Below, piece after piece: positions 11,284 to 21,062 of a DNA stretch of 64,000 bases; the stretch's first letter is position 1; every line of letters starts with the position of its first letter. Source of the stretch: Alphaproteobacteria bacterium (GTDB lineage: Bacteria > Pseudomonadota > Alphaproteobacteria > CALKHQ01); contig CBDDFZ010000001.1 in NCBI GenBank assembly GCA_965227515.1, positions 3,040,001-3,104,000 on the forward strand, in the 5' to 3' direction. Made by a program: the position numbers and the translations under genes. The notes beneath the pieces are model-generated. The model was not told where the DNA came from and ran no database searches. It worked only from the letters and a program-made list of their open reading frames with translations.

Positions 11284-12342
11284 GTGGGCGTGCGCTACCG
11301 CCCGGTTCAGTGGAACCGCAACAAGTACGTATACGACATCGTGCTGATCGTGCTGGTGGTGGCCTACATCTGGCTGTTCATCATGCTGGCGCCGGACCTG
11401 CTCGACTTCCAGCGCCCGGTCGACCGCTGGATCGTGCGCATGCGCGCGTTCGGCACCTGCGCGTTCCTGATGCTGACGCTGATCCTGTGCATCGGCCCGA
11501 TGGCCCGGCTCGACAGGCGCTGGCTGCCGCTGCTCTACAACCGGCGCCATTTCGGCGTGCTGACCGCGTTCGTGGCGGCGGCGCACCTGATCGCGGTGCT
11601 GGACTGGTATCACTCGTTCAGCCCGACCGCGCCGTGGGTATCGCTGCTCACCAGCAACACCGCCTACGACAGTTTCGCCGGCTTCCCGTTCGAGGCGCTG
11701 GGCCTGTTGGCGTTCGGCATCCTGCTGGTGATGGCCGCCACCAGTCATGACTTCTGGCTCAACTTCCTCGGCCCGCCGCTGTGGAAGGGCCTGCACATGC
11801 TGGTCTACCTGGCCTATGCGGCGGTGGTGATGCACGTGTCGCTGGGGCTGTTGCAGTCCGAGCAGCATCCGTTCTTCGTGATCATGGTGGCGGCGAGCCT
11901 GGTCGCGGTGATCGGCCTCCACCTGATGGCCGCGCGCAAGGAGCGGCGGCGCGAGAACGACACCGCCTCGGTTGCCGAAGGCGACTGGATCGACGCCGGC
12001 CCGGTCGGCGCGCTGGAGCCGGACCGGGGCAAGGTGGTGGCGCTGGAGGATGGCGAGCGGATCGCGCTGTTTCGCTCCGGCGACAAGGTCGGCGCGCTGG
12101 CCAATGTGTGCGCGCACCAGAACGGCCCGCTGGGCGAGGGGCGCATCATCGACGGCTGCGTCACCTGCCCATGGCACGGCTTTCAGTACCGGTTGAACGA
12201 CGGTTGCTCGCCGCCGCCGTTCACCGAGAAGGTGGCGACCTATCGCGTGCGGCTGGCCGGCGACCGGGTGCAGATCGACCGGCGGCCGCTGCCCGCCGGC
12301 ACGCCGGTGGACCTGGCGACGATCCCGGAGGACCTGCGATGA
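11284..12342 (+). CDS. MsrQ/ferric-reductase-like heme membrane protein fused to a C-terminal Rieske domain
   Basis: About 6 TM helices with RRHFG...AH and WKGLH.LVY......H heme motifs; CAHQNGPL...CPWHG Rieske ligands. Confidence 0.85.
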   Translation: MGVRYRPVQWNRNKYVYDIVLIVLVVAYIWLFIMLAPDLLDFQRPVDRWIVRMRAFGTCAFLMLTLILCIGPMARLDRRWLPLLYNRRHFGVLTAFVAAAHLIAVLDWYHSFSPTAPWVSLLTSNTAYDSFAGFPFEALGLLAFGILLVMAATSHDFWLNFLGPPLWKGLHMLVYLAYAAVVMHVSLGLLQSEQHPFFVIMVAASLVAVIGLHLMAARKERRRENDTASVAEGDWIDAGPVGALEPDRGKVVALEDGERIALFRSGDKVGALANVCAHQNGPLGEGRIIDGCVTCPWHGFQYRLNDGCSPPPFTEKVATYRVRLAGDRVQIDRRPLPAGTPVDLATIPEDLR

Positions 12343-13112
12343 CCGACCGCGACCGCAAGCCCAGCCGTGATGCGTTCTTCGTCGGCTACCTGCCGGTGCC
12401 AAAGCCGCTGGCGCTGTTCCTGGCCGGGCTGGTCGGCGTGCTGACCTGTTTCGCGGCGGGCGCGGCCCTGGCCCTGGCGCTCTCGCAAAGCGACCCCGGC
12501 GACGCTCATGTCGACGGCCCGGCCGAGATCCACACCGGCTATCTGTCCGTCGATCCCTATCCGTTGCTGCACCTGCCGCCCGACGATGCGCACCCGCTGG
12601 GCCGCACGTTGCCGATGGCCGGCATCGGCAAGATCGGCATCCCGGCGGAGGCCGAGGCGCTCGCCGGGCAGTGGGTCGATGCCAGAGGCGTGTTGCGCAC
12701 CCGCGGCGCCCACCAGTTGTTCGAGACCCGCGGCCGCGACCCCATCGTCGTCGCCGCCGAAGGTGGCGCGGTACCCGGCAACTTCGATCCCGTGGCGGTC
12801 GAGGATCTGGGCGAGGTCACCGTGCGCGGCGAGATCGTCGATCCGAAGTGCTTCCTGGGCGCCATGCGGCCCGGTTGCGGCAAGATGCACATGGCCTGCG
12901 CCAACCGCTGCCTGCTGGGCGGCGTGCCGCCGATGCTGGCGTCGTTCGGCGCGGAAGACGCATTCGAGATGTTCCTGCTGACCGACGAGGACGGCAACGA
13001 CATCACCGAACAGGTGCTGGACTGGACCTCGCTGCCGGTGTCGGTGACAGGGGCGCTGGAGCGGCGCGGTGACCTGTTCGTCCTCAAAGTCACAGACATC
13101 GAGGCGCTGTAG
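12339..13112 (+). CDS. Membrane-anchored hypothetical protein with Cys/His motif
   Basis: ATGA overlap with the upstream gene; one TM helix; GEIVDPKCFLGAMRPGCGKMHMACANRCLLGGVPP. Confidence 0.8.
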   Translation: MTDRDRKPSRDAFFVGYLPVPKPLALFLAGLVGVLTCFAAGAALALALSQSDPGDAHVDGPAEIHTGYLSVDPYPLLHLPPDDAHPLGRTLPMAGIGKIGIPAEAEALAGQWVDARGVLRTRGAHQLFETRGRDPIVVAAEGGAVPGNFDPVAVEDLGEVTVRGEIVDPKCFLGAMRPGCGKMHMACANRCLLGGVPPMLASFGAEDAFEMFLLTDEDGNDITEQVLDWTSLPVSVTGALERRGDLFVLKVTDIEAL

Positions 13113-13118
13113 ACGGCC

Positions 13119-13337
13119 ATGCCCGCCATTCGACACATCGTCGGCCTCGCCGTCTTCCTCGCCATGCTGGCGCTGAGCTACCTGTTCTGGGGCGAGATCA
13201 CCGGCTGGCTGCGCGGCACCTTCCTCAGCGACATGCCGGTGCTGGCGTTCGTGTTCGCCTTCATCGTCGTGTTCTGGGTACTGGAATGGCTGGGCGGCAA
13301 GCTCGCCGCGCTGATGCCGGACGGCGCCGATCACTGA
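13119..13337 (+). CDS. Small two-TM membrane protein
   Basis: 72-aa hydrophobic ORF within the operon. Confidence 0.7.
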   Translation: MPAIRHIVGLAVFLAMLALSYLFWGEITGWLRGTFLSDMPVLAFVFAFIVVFWVLEWLGGKLAALMPDGADH

Positions 13338-13361
13338 GTACAAGAATATGCGCAAGGGGAA

Positions 13362-14978
13362 ATGCCGATGAACAAGGTCGCCATCATGGCCTGGGACGAT
13401 CTGCCCGACCGCGACCCGCAATATGCGCTGGTCGCCAATGTCGACCTCGTCGTCGTGCGCTATGACGACAAGGTGTCGGTGCTCTATGGCCGCTGCCACC
13501 ACCGTGGCGCGCTGCTGGCCGACGGCTTCATCAGCGGCGAGAACCTGATCTGCGGCGTCCACCATTGGGACTACCGCTACGACACCGGCATCTCCGAGTA
13601 CAACAACGCCGAGATCCTGGACAAGTTCAGCGCCTGGGTGGAGGACGGGCAGGTCTGGGTCGACGCCGATGAGATCGCGGCCTGGGAGACCGACCACCCG
13701 CAGCCCTATAATCGCAAGGCCTATCTGGGCCTCTATGCCGACATGCACGGGGCCGAGGAAGAGCCCCACGTCAAGCTGATCCAGGGCTATGCCCGCAGCG
13801 GCCTGAAGAAGACCGGCCACCACGGCGTGGTCGACGCCATGGGCGTGCCGCGCCAGGACCTGCCGACCTGGGACGACATCCAGTTCATCACCGCGCAGTT
13901 GCATCGCCCGCCGCTGCTGGATGAGGAGGACGTCGGGTCGGAGGTGGTGATCGGCCCCAACGCACAGAAGCCGCTGAAGCTCGATATCCCGCTGCTGGTC
14001 TCCGACATGAGCTTCGGCGCGTTGTCGGAGCGGGCCAAGGTCTCGCTGGCCAAGGGCGCCGAGCAGGCCGGCACCGGCATCTGCTCCGGCGAGGGCGGCA
14101 TGCTGCCCGACGAGCAGGAGGCCAACACGCGCTACTTCTACGAGCTGGCGTCGGCCCGGTTCGGCTTCAGCATGGACAAGGTGAAGCGCTGCCAGGCGTT
14201 CCACTTCAAGGGCGGGCAGGGCGCCAAGACCGGCACCGGCGGCCATCTGCCGGGCAACAAGGTGGTCGGCCGCATTGCCGAGGTGCGCGGCCTGGAGGAA
14301 GGCACGCCGGCGGTCTCGCCGGCCCGCTTCCCGGACTGGACCACCACCACCCAGATCCGCGACTTCGCCAACGAGGTGCGTGACGCCACCGGCGGCATCC
14401 CCATCGGCTACAAGCTCTCCGCCCAGCACATCGAGAAGGACATCGACGCAGCCCTGGAAGTCGGCGTCGACTACATCATCCTGGACGGGCGCGGCGGCGG
14501 CACCGGCGCGGCACCCATCATCTTCCGCGACAACATCTCGGTGCCGACGATCCCGGCGCTGGCCCGCGCGCGCCGCCATCTCGACCGGCAGGGCCGCGGC
14601 GACATCACGCTTGTGATCACCGGGGGCTTGCGCAAGCCGGCCGACTTCGCCAAGGCGCTGGCGCTGGGGGCCGACGCCATCGGGCTGTCGAACGCAGCGC
14701 TACAGGCCATCGGCTGCCTGGGCATGCGCGCCTGCCACACCAACAACTGCCCGGTCGGCATCGCCACCCAGAAGCCGCACCTGACGTCCCGCATCGATAT
14801 CGACAAATCGGCGGCGCGGCTGGCTCGCTTCTTCGAGACGGCGGTGGAGCTGATCAAGATTCTGGCCCGCGCCTGCGGCCACCGCCATTTGAACCAGTTC
14901 TCGGTCGACGACCTCGTCACCTGGAAGCGCGACATGGCCGACCTCTCCGGCGTCGCTTACGGCGGGGTAGGGGCGTAG
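13362..14978 (+). CDS. FMN-binding glutamate-synthase-family protein with N-terminal Rieske domain
   Basis: CHHRG...CGVHHW Rieske ligands; MSFGALS, SGEGG, GQGAKTGTGGHLPG, DGRGGGTGA and the CLGMRACHTNNCPVG [3Fe-4S] motif. Confidence 0.9.
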   Translation: MPMNKVAIMAWDDLPDRDPQYALVANVDLVVVRYDDKVSVLYGRCHHRGALLADGFISGENLICGVHHWDYRYDTGISEYNNAEILDKFSAWVEDGQVWVDADEIAAWETDHPQPYNRKAYLGLYADMHGAEEEPHVKLIQGYARSGLKKTGHHGVVDAMGVPRQDLPTWDDIQFITAQLHRPPLLDEEDVGSEVVIGPNAQKPLKLDIPLLVSDMSFGALSERAKVSLAKGAEQAGTGICSGEGGMLPDEQEANTRYFYELASARFGFSMDKVKRCQAFHFKGGQGAKTGTGGHLPGNKVVGRIAEVRGLEEGTPAVSPARFPDWTTTTQIRDFANEVRDATGGIPIGYKLSAQHIEKDIDAALEVGVDYIILDGRGGGTGAAPIIFRDNISVPTIPALARARRHLDRQGRGDITLVITGGLRKPADFAKALALGADAIGLSNAALQAIGCLGMRACHTNNCPVGIATQKPHLTSRIDIDKSAARLARFFETAVELIKILARACGHRHLNQFSVDDLVTWKRDMADLSGVAYGGVGA

Positions 14979-15002
14979 CGCAGACCTGGCAACACACCGC
15001 CG

Positions 15003-15248
15003 CGTAGCCTGGGTGGAGCGCAGCGAAACCCGGGTTCCACTTCGTTCCACCCAGGCTACAGGCGTCGAGCCCTTAGCGCCGTCCTGGCAACACTCTCGAC
15101 GTCATGCGCGGACTTGTGGAGCCTGCCCTCGGACTTGATCCGAGGGGGCATCCACGTCTTGCATCGACCGCCCCAAAGTCGTGGATGGTCCCTCGGGACC
15201 GGCCGGAGGCCGGCCCAAGGACAGGCTCGCCAAGCCCGACCATGACGA
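15003..15248. repeat. REP-like elements (GTAG-type hairpin plus CGTCATG...CATGACG composite)
   Basis: GTAGCCTGGGTGGAGCG...TCCACCCAGGCTAC inverted repeat (15004-15059). A second element is bounded by CGTCATG (15100) and CATGACG (15247), with a nested CCCTCGGACTTGATCCGAGGG. Lies between convergent genes. Confidence 0.75.
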
Positions 15249-15264
15249 TGGAGTTTACCCGGTC

Positions 15265-16068
15265 CTAAGGCGACGGCTGGTTCCAGGGCGGTGCGTTCCA
15301 GTACTGCTGCGAGCGTTCGACCGCGTCGCAGTCCACCGGCTCGCTGGCCTGAACGGGCACGACCGCCACCGTGGGCGGCTGGTCCCCGGCCACTTCCAGC
15401 ACCAGCTTGCGGCGGATGGTGGCGGCCAGATCGTCGGGGTCGGAGACCGGAATGACGAACGCCCCCGGCCCGCCGACCACGCAGTCCCAGTAGTACCGGT
15501 CCAGCGGCACGCTGGCGACCGACGGGCGGATCATGATGGGCAAGCCGTTGATGACGAAACCGGCGTCGACCGCGATGTCGCGGGCATAGGTCGCCGGAAT
15601 GCGGTCGCGGTTGGCGCCGTCGCCCGACACGTCGATGATGCGGCGGGTGCCTTCGAAGCCGTTGCCCCGGAACAGGCCGGTGCCGAACGCCAGCGCGCCC
15701 GAGATGGACGTGCCGCGGATGAACGCGATCGGCTGCGCCTCTAACTCGGCCACGAAAGCCAGCGCACTCTCCGCACCGTCGATCAGCCGCCACGGCACCA
15801 CCACGACCTGGCGATCCGGCCCCGCCCATTCCATGTAGCTCAGCGCGATCTGGCCGAGGAAGCCCGCCTCGACCGCGCTCAGGAATTCCGGGTGTTGCAG
15901 GGCCTGCAGGTAGCCCGCGCGCTGCACCGCGTGTTCCTGGGCGTCCATCGAGCCGGAGACGTCGACGGCCAGCAGCAGTTCGATGTCGACGGCCATGTCT
16001 TGGGCCCGGGCCGGACCGAGGCCGGCGACCAGCGCCGCAACAATGCCCAGCATGCGAACTGCGTGCAT
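15265..16068 (-). CDS. DUF1194 (vWA-like) exported protein
   Basis: Signal peptide; LAVDVSGS, TSISGAL, RRIIDVSGDG, INGLPI and VVGGPGAFV motifs. Confidence 0.88.
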   Translation of the reverse strand: MHAVRMLGIVAALVAGLGPARAQDMAVDIELLLAVDVSGSMDAQEHAVQRAGYLQALQHPEFLSAVEAGFLGQIALSYMEWAGPDRQVVVVPWRLIDGAESALAFVAELEAQPIAFIRGTSISGALAFGTGLFRGNGFEGTRRIIDVSGDGANRDRIPATYARDIAVDAGFVINGLPIMIRPSVASVPLDRYYWDCVVGGPGAFVIPVSDPDDLAATIRRKLVLEVAGDQPPTVAVVPVQASEPVDCDAVERSQQYWNAPPWNQPSP

Positions 16069-16340
16069 CGCGAACCCCGCCTCCTTGCTGCTAGCGAGAC
16101 TCTAGGGATCGGCCACCCAGGCCGGCAAGGGCGCGACACCAACTCGTGAAACGCTGGCCGGAAACCGCGTGCCGGTCGTGTCGACGCTGCGCTATATTCC
16201 CAGCTTGAGCATGATCGTTCTATTCGGCACCGGCCCTCTCCCCCACCCGGCCGCCCACGACAGTATCCTGGTTGGGCGGCCGGGTGGGGGAGAGGGCTGG
16301 CGCAGAATCGGCGCAAGCTGATCCCGATCCAAGAGGTGCC

Positions 16341-18419
16341 ATGCCACGCGATCCCGATCCCGTCTTCGTTCCCTCGGTCTGCCCGCACGATTGCCCCAGC
16401 ACGTGCGCGCTGGAGGTGGAGCGCATCGACGAGCGCACCATCGGCCGCGTGCGCGGTGCCGCAGACAACACCTACACGGCGGGCGTCGTCTGCGCGAAAG
16501 TCGCGCGCTACCAGGAGCGCCAGCACCATCCCGACCGGCTGACCCGGCCGCTGGTCCGCACCGGCGACAAGATGGTGGGGCGGGAGGCGTTTCGGGAGAT
16601 CGGCTGGGACGAGGCGCTTGATATCGTCGCCGACCGCTTCAAGGCGGTGGTGGCGGCCGACGGCACCGAGGCGGTTTGGCCGTATTTCTATGCCGGTACC
16701 ATGGGCCACTTGCAGCGCGACGGCATCGAGCGGTTGCGCCATGTCATGCGCTATTCCGGCCAGAAGAGCACCATCTGCGTGGCGCTGTCGGATGCCGGCT
16801 GGCTTGCCGGTGCGGGCATCAAGCGTGGCGCCGACACCCGCGAGATCGACGAGGCCGATCTGATCGTGGTTTGGGGCGGCAACCCGGTCGCCACCCAGGT
16901 CAACGTGATGACCCACGTCACCAAGGCCCGCAAGGCCCGTGGCGCCAAGCTGGCGGTGGTCGACCCTTACCGCACCGGCACGGCGGAGGCGGCCGACATC
17001 CACCTGGCGCTGAGGCCGGGCACCGACGCGGCACTCGCCTGCGCGGTGATGCACGTGATGTTCAGGGACGGCACCGCCGACCGCGACTACATGGCGCGCT
17101 TTGCCGACGATCCGGCCGGGCTGGAGGCGCATCTGGCGACCCGCGGGCCGGACTGGGCTGCCGAGATCACCGGCCTGACGGTCGAGGAGATTGAGGCGTT
17201 CGCCAGGATCTATGGCACCACCGACCGCGCCTTCATCCGCCTCGGCTACGGCTTTTCGCGTGCACGCAATGGGGCGGCCAATATGCACGCGGCCGCCAGC
17301 CTGCCGGTGGTGGGCGGCAAGTGGCGGCACAAGGGCGGCGGCGCGCACTATTCGAATGCGCCGGGCGCCTTCTACCCGCTCGACAAGACCTTCATCGAGG
17401 GCAAGGACCGCATCGACCCGTCGATCCGGGTGCTGGACCAGTCGCGCCTGGGCCCGGTGCTGACCGGCGACCGCCGCGACCTGGGCGACGGCCCGCCGGT
17501 GAACGCGATGCTGATCCAGAACACCAACCCGGTGGTGGTCTGCCCGGAATCGCTCAAGGTGCGCGAAGGCTTCCTGCGCGACGACCTGTTCGTCTGCGTC
17601 CACGAGCAGTTCATGACCGAGACCGCGGCGATGGCCGATATCGTGCTGCCGGCCCAGACCTCGATGGAATATGCCGACATCTACACCTCCGGCGGCCACA
17701 CCCACCTGCACATTACCAGGCCGGTGGTGGAGGCGCCCGGCGAATGCCGCTCCAACCACGCGGTCATCTGCGCGCTCGCCAAGCGGCTGGGCGCCGAGCA
17801 CCCGGCGTTCGACATGGACGACTGGGAAGTGCTGGACGAGACATGCCGCCAGTCGGGCCTGCCGCCGGCCGACGAATTCGCGGCCGCCAAGTGGATCGAC
17901 TTCGTCAAGCCGTTCGAGGAGGCGCATTTCCTCACCGGCTTCGGCCATGCCGACGGCAAGTGGCACTTCAAGGCGGACTGGCAGGGCATGGGCGATGTCG
18001 ACGGGCGGCTGTCGCCGTTCCCCGACCACAATCTGGTCTATGACCTGACCGACGACGACCACCCGTTCCGGATGGTGACGGCGCCGGCGCGCCAGTACCT
18101 GAACACCAGCTTCACCGAGACGCCGACCAGCAGGAAGCGCGAGGGCCGGCCGACCGCCAAGATGCACGCCGACGACATGGCGGCCCTGGGGGTGCGCGGT
18201 GGCGACCGGGTGCGGCTCGGCAACCGGCTGGGCTCGGTGGTCGTGCATGCGGCCGCCGCCGATGGCCAGCGGCCGGGCACGGTGGTGGTGGAGGGGATCT
18301 GGCCGAACCACGCCTTCGAGGAGGGGATCGGCATCAACACGCTGATCAGCGCCGAGCCCGGGCTGCCGGCCGGCGGCGCCGTGTTCCACGATACCGCGAT
18401 CTGGGTGCGGGCGGCTTGA
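16341..18419 (+). CDS. Molybdopterin-dependent oxidoreductase, catalytic subunit
   Basis: N-terminal CPHDCPSTC...CAK [4Fe-4S] motif; WGGNP, PGTDAAL, EQFMTETAAMADIVLPA; C-terminal MGD-binding domain. No signal peptide. Confidence 0.9.
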   Translation: MPRDPDPVFVPSVCPHDCPSTCALEVERIDERTIGRVRGAADNTYTAGVVCAKVARYQERQHHPDRLTRPLVRTGDKMVGREAFREIGWDEALDIVADRFKAVVAADGTEAVWPYFYAGTMGHLQRDGIERLRHVMRYSGQKSTICVALSDAGWLAGAGIKRGADTREIDEADLIVVWGGNPVATQVNVMTHVTKARKARGAKLAVVDPYRTGTAEAADIHLALRPGTDAALACAVMHVMFRDGTADRDYMARFADDPAGLEAHLATRGPDWAAEITGLTVEEIEAFARIYGTTDRAFIRLGYGFSRARNGAANMHAAASLPVVGGKWRHKGGGAHYSNAPGAFYPLDKTFIEGKDRIDPSIRVLDQSRLGPVLTGDRRDLGDGPPVNAMLIQNTNPVVVCPESLKVREGFLRDDLFVCVHEQFMTETAAMADIVLPAQTSMEYADIYTSGGHTHLHITRPVVEAPGECRSNHAVICALAKRLGAEHPAFDMDDWEVLDETCRQSGLPPADEFAAAKWIDFVKPFEEAHFLTGFGHADGKWHFKADWQGMGDVDGRLSPFPDHNLVYDLTDDDHPFRMVTAPARQYLNTSFTETPTSRKREGRPTAKMHADDMAALGVRGGDRVRLGNRLGSVVVHAAAADGQRPGTVVVEGIWPNHAFEEGIGINTLISAEPGLPAGGAVFHDTAIWVRAA

Positions 18420-18502
18420 CCGGGCCACTACCCCGTGACTGGAAATTGGCGCACCGGCGCAACACATTAAGGCTGTAACCACAACCGCCTGAATGGAGCC
18501 AG

Positions 18503-19210
18503 ATGGCCGACAAGCCCACCCACCTGCCAGCACAGTCCTCAAGCGGCGAGATCGACGACTTCTTGAACAAGGTCGCCGCCATCGCGCCGGCCACCGGTTC
18601 CGGTCCGCGCGGCCGCCTGCTGTTCGCGCTCGACGCCACCGCCAGCCGCGAGCCGACCTGGGACCGTGCCTGCCACATCCAGGCGCAGATGTTCCAGGAG
18701 GCGGCGAGCCTGGGCGGGCTCGACATGCAGGTCTGCTTCTACCGCGGTTTCGGCGAGTTCAAGGCCACCGGCTGGACCCGCGACAGCAACAGCCTGTTGC
18801 AGAAGATGACGCGGGTGCGCTGCGTCGGCGGGCGCACTCAGGTGCGCCGCATGCTGCGCCACATCCGGCGCGAGACCGAGAAGCAGAAGGTGACGGCGGC
18901 CGTGTTCGTTGGCGACACGCTGGAAGAGCCGGTCGACGAGGTCTGCGACGAGGCCGGGCACCTGGGGCTGACCGGCACGCCGGTGTTCATGTTCCACGAG
19001 ATCGGCAATGTCGCCGCGCGCTACGCGTTCCAGCAGGTCGCCAAGCTGACCGGCGGCGCCTATTGCGCGCTGGACGCCTCCAGCGCCGGGCGGCTCGCCG
19101 AGCTGCTGCGCGCGGTCGCGGTCTACGCCGCCGGCGGGCGGCAGGCGCTGGTGGAATTCGGCGACCGGCACGGCGGCATGGTCAAGCAATTGACCCACCA
19201 GGTACGCTAG
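18503..19210 (+). CDS. vWA-domain protein
   Basis: LLFALDATASR MIDAS-like motif; VFVGD; PVFMFHE. Confidence 0.8.
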   Translation: MADKPTHLPAQSSSGEIDDFLNKVAAIAPATGSGPRGRLLFALDATASREPTWDRACHIQAQMFQEAASLGGLDMQVCFYRGFGEFKATGWTRDSNSLLQKMTRVRCVGGRTQVRRMLRHIRRETEKQKVTAAVFVGDTLEEPVDEVCDEAGHLGLTGTPVFMFHEIGNVAARYAFQQVAKLTGGAYCALDASSAGRLAELLRAVAVYAAGGRQALVEFGDRHGGMVKQLTHQVR

Positions 19211-19234
19211 TACCAGGCGGCGCGGAACAAGCCA

Positions 19235-19969
19235 TTGCCATATCTTCTGCTCGGGATCGGACTGCTCGCTGGCTTCTTTCTGATCGGCCGGTGGTATGTG
19301 CAGGCCAGCCCCTCCGATGTGCGCCGGGCGGGCAAGTTCGTCGGCATCGCGGCACTGGCCGCCATTGCCGCCTTCCTGCTGTTCACCGGACGTGCCGGCG
19401 CGGCGCTGCTGCCGCTGGCCGGCATGTTGCCGTTCCTGATCAAGTCCGGCCTTGGCTATACGGTGATGCGCGGTCTCGCCGGCCGTGCCGGCGGCGGCGG
19501 GTCTGGGCGCGGCAGGCAGTCGGCGGTGCGCACACGCTATCTGGAAATGACGCTGGACCATGACAGTGGCGCCCTGGACGGCCGCATCCTGAAGGGGCGG
19601 TTCCAGGACCGGCGGCTCGACGATCTGTCGCAAGCCGAGCTTGCCGACCTGCTGGCCGAAGTCGGCGACGATCAACAGTCGATGCAGGTTCTGGAAGCCT
19701 ATCTCGACAAGCGCCTGGGGCCGGAGTGGCGCCAAGGTGCGGGCGATGCGGGTGCCGCCGGCGCGGGCGGAGGCGGGAGCCGGGGCGCAGGCGGCCGCAT
19801 GACGCCCGACGAGGCCCGCAAGATCCTGGGGGTGGCGAATGGTGCCAGCCGGGAGGAGATCGAGGCTGCATATCGCGCCGAGATGAAGCGCAACCATCCC
19901 GACGCCGGCGGGTCGACCTGGTTTGCCGCCAAGATCAACGAGGCACGCGCAGTTCTGCTGGGTGAGTAG
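19235..19969 (+). CDS. Membrane protein with C-terminal DnaJ (J) domain
   Basis: N-terminal TM helices; MTPDEARKILGV...AYR...HPDAGGS...INEAR J-domain. Confidence 0.85.
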   Translation: MPYLLLGIGLLAGFFLIGRWYVQASPSDVRRAGKFVGIAALAAIAAFLLFTGRAGAALLPLAGMLPFLIKSGLGYTVMRGLAGRAGGGGSGRGRQSAVRTRYLEMTLDHDSGALDGRILKGRFQDRRLDDLSQAELADLLAEVGDDQQSMQVLEAYLDKRLGPEWRQGAGDAGAAGAGGGGSRGAGGRMTPDEARKILGVANGASREEIEAAYRAEMKRNHPDAGGSTWFAAKINEARAVLLGE

Positions 19970-20095
19970 GCCGGCGGCGCAGCGGGTGGCAACTTTCTCG
20001 AGATTCCATTGTTGAATAGTACGTCGCGCCGGTTACCTTCGCGCACGCGCTCCGATCCGGACCTTCCCCAACCTCGCTGACAGCACGGATAGCCC

Positions 20096-20968
20096 ATGCC
20101 CAAGCCGATCACTGCCGCCATCTTCCCCGTTGCCGGATTTGGCACCCGCTCGTTGCCCGCGACCAAGACCGTGCCGAAGGAGCTGATCCCGGTCGTCGAC
20201 AAGCCGGTGCTGCAATACGTCTATGAGGAGGCGGTGGCCGCCGGCATCGAGCGGTTCGTGTTCGTCACCGGCCGCAACAAGGGCGCGATCGAGGACTTTT
20301 TCGACAGCGCCTATGAGCTGGAAGACAGCCTGAGATCACGCAATAAGACCGACGCCTTGAAGGTGACGACCGAGTTCGTGCCGGAGGCAGGGCAGGTCGC
20401 CTTCACCCGGCAACAGGCGGCCAAGGGGCTGGGCCATGCCGTCTGGTGCGCGCGCCACCTGGTGGGCGATGGGGCGGTTGCGGTGCTGCTGCCGGATGTG
20501 ATCATCGACGCTCCGACCTCCTGCCTGAAGCAGATGGCCGACGTCTACAACGCGCGCGGCGGCAACGTGGTGGCGCTGGAGCGGGTGCCGGAGGACAAGG
20601 CCTACAAGTACGGCATCGTCGACGTGGCCGGGACCGAGGGCAACGTGGTCGGCATAAAGGGCATGGTGGAGAAGCCGCCCGCCGGTACCGCACCGTCCAA
20701 CCTGTCGCTGGTGGGGCGCTATATCCTGCAGCCGGAGATCTTCGATGCCCTGGAGGGCCAGGCAGCCGGCGCCGGCGGCGAGATCCAGCTCACCGATGCC
20801 ATGCTGAGCCTGCTCGATAGCCAGGATTTCTGGGGCCTGGAGTACGAGGGCCGCCAGTTCGACTGCGGCGACAAGGCGGGCTATGTCGAGGCCAATGTGT
20901 CCTATGGCCTGCGTCACGCCGAGATCGGCGACGAAGTACGCGCCAGGATCGCGGCCCTGCTGTCCTGA
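20096..20968 (+). CDS. galU: UTP--glucose-1-phosphate uridylyltransferase
   Basis: PVAGFGTRSLPATKTVPKE, GLGHAV, MVEKP, GEIQLTDA and DCGDK motifs. Confidence 0.95.
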   Translation: MPKPITAAIFPVAGFGTRSLPATKTVPKELIPVVDKPVLQYVYEEAVAAGIERFVFVTGRNKGAIEDFFDSAYELEDSLRSRNKTDALKVTTEFVPEAGQVAFTRQQAAKGLGHAVWCARHLVGDGAVAVLLPDVIIDAPTSCLKQMADVYNARGGNVVALERVPEDKAYKYGIVDVAGTEGNVVGIKGMVEKPPAGTAPSNLSLVGRYILQPEIFDALEGQAAGAGGEIQLTDAMLSLLDSQDFWGLEYEGRQFDCGDKAGYVEANVSYGLRHAEIGDEVRARIAALLS

Positions 20969-21062
20969 CCCGCCATCGCGGCGCCGCTGGCGTGGCACGC
21001 TGGTCTACGCGGCACCGAGCGATGTATCCTGATAGCCAACCCTTACGAGGCTGAGAACCGCC

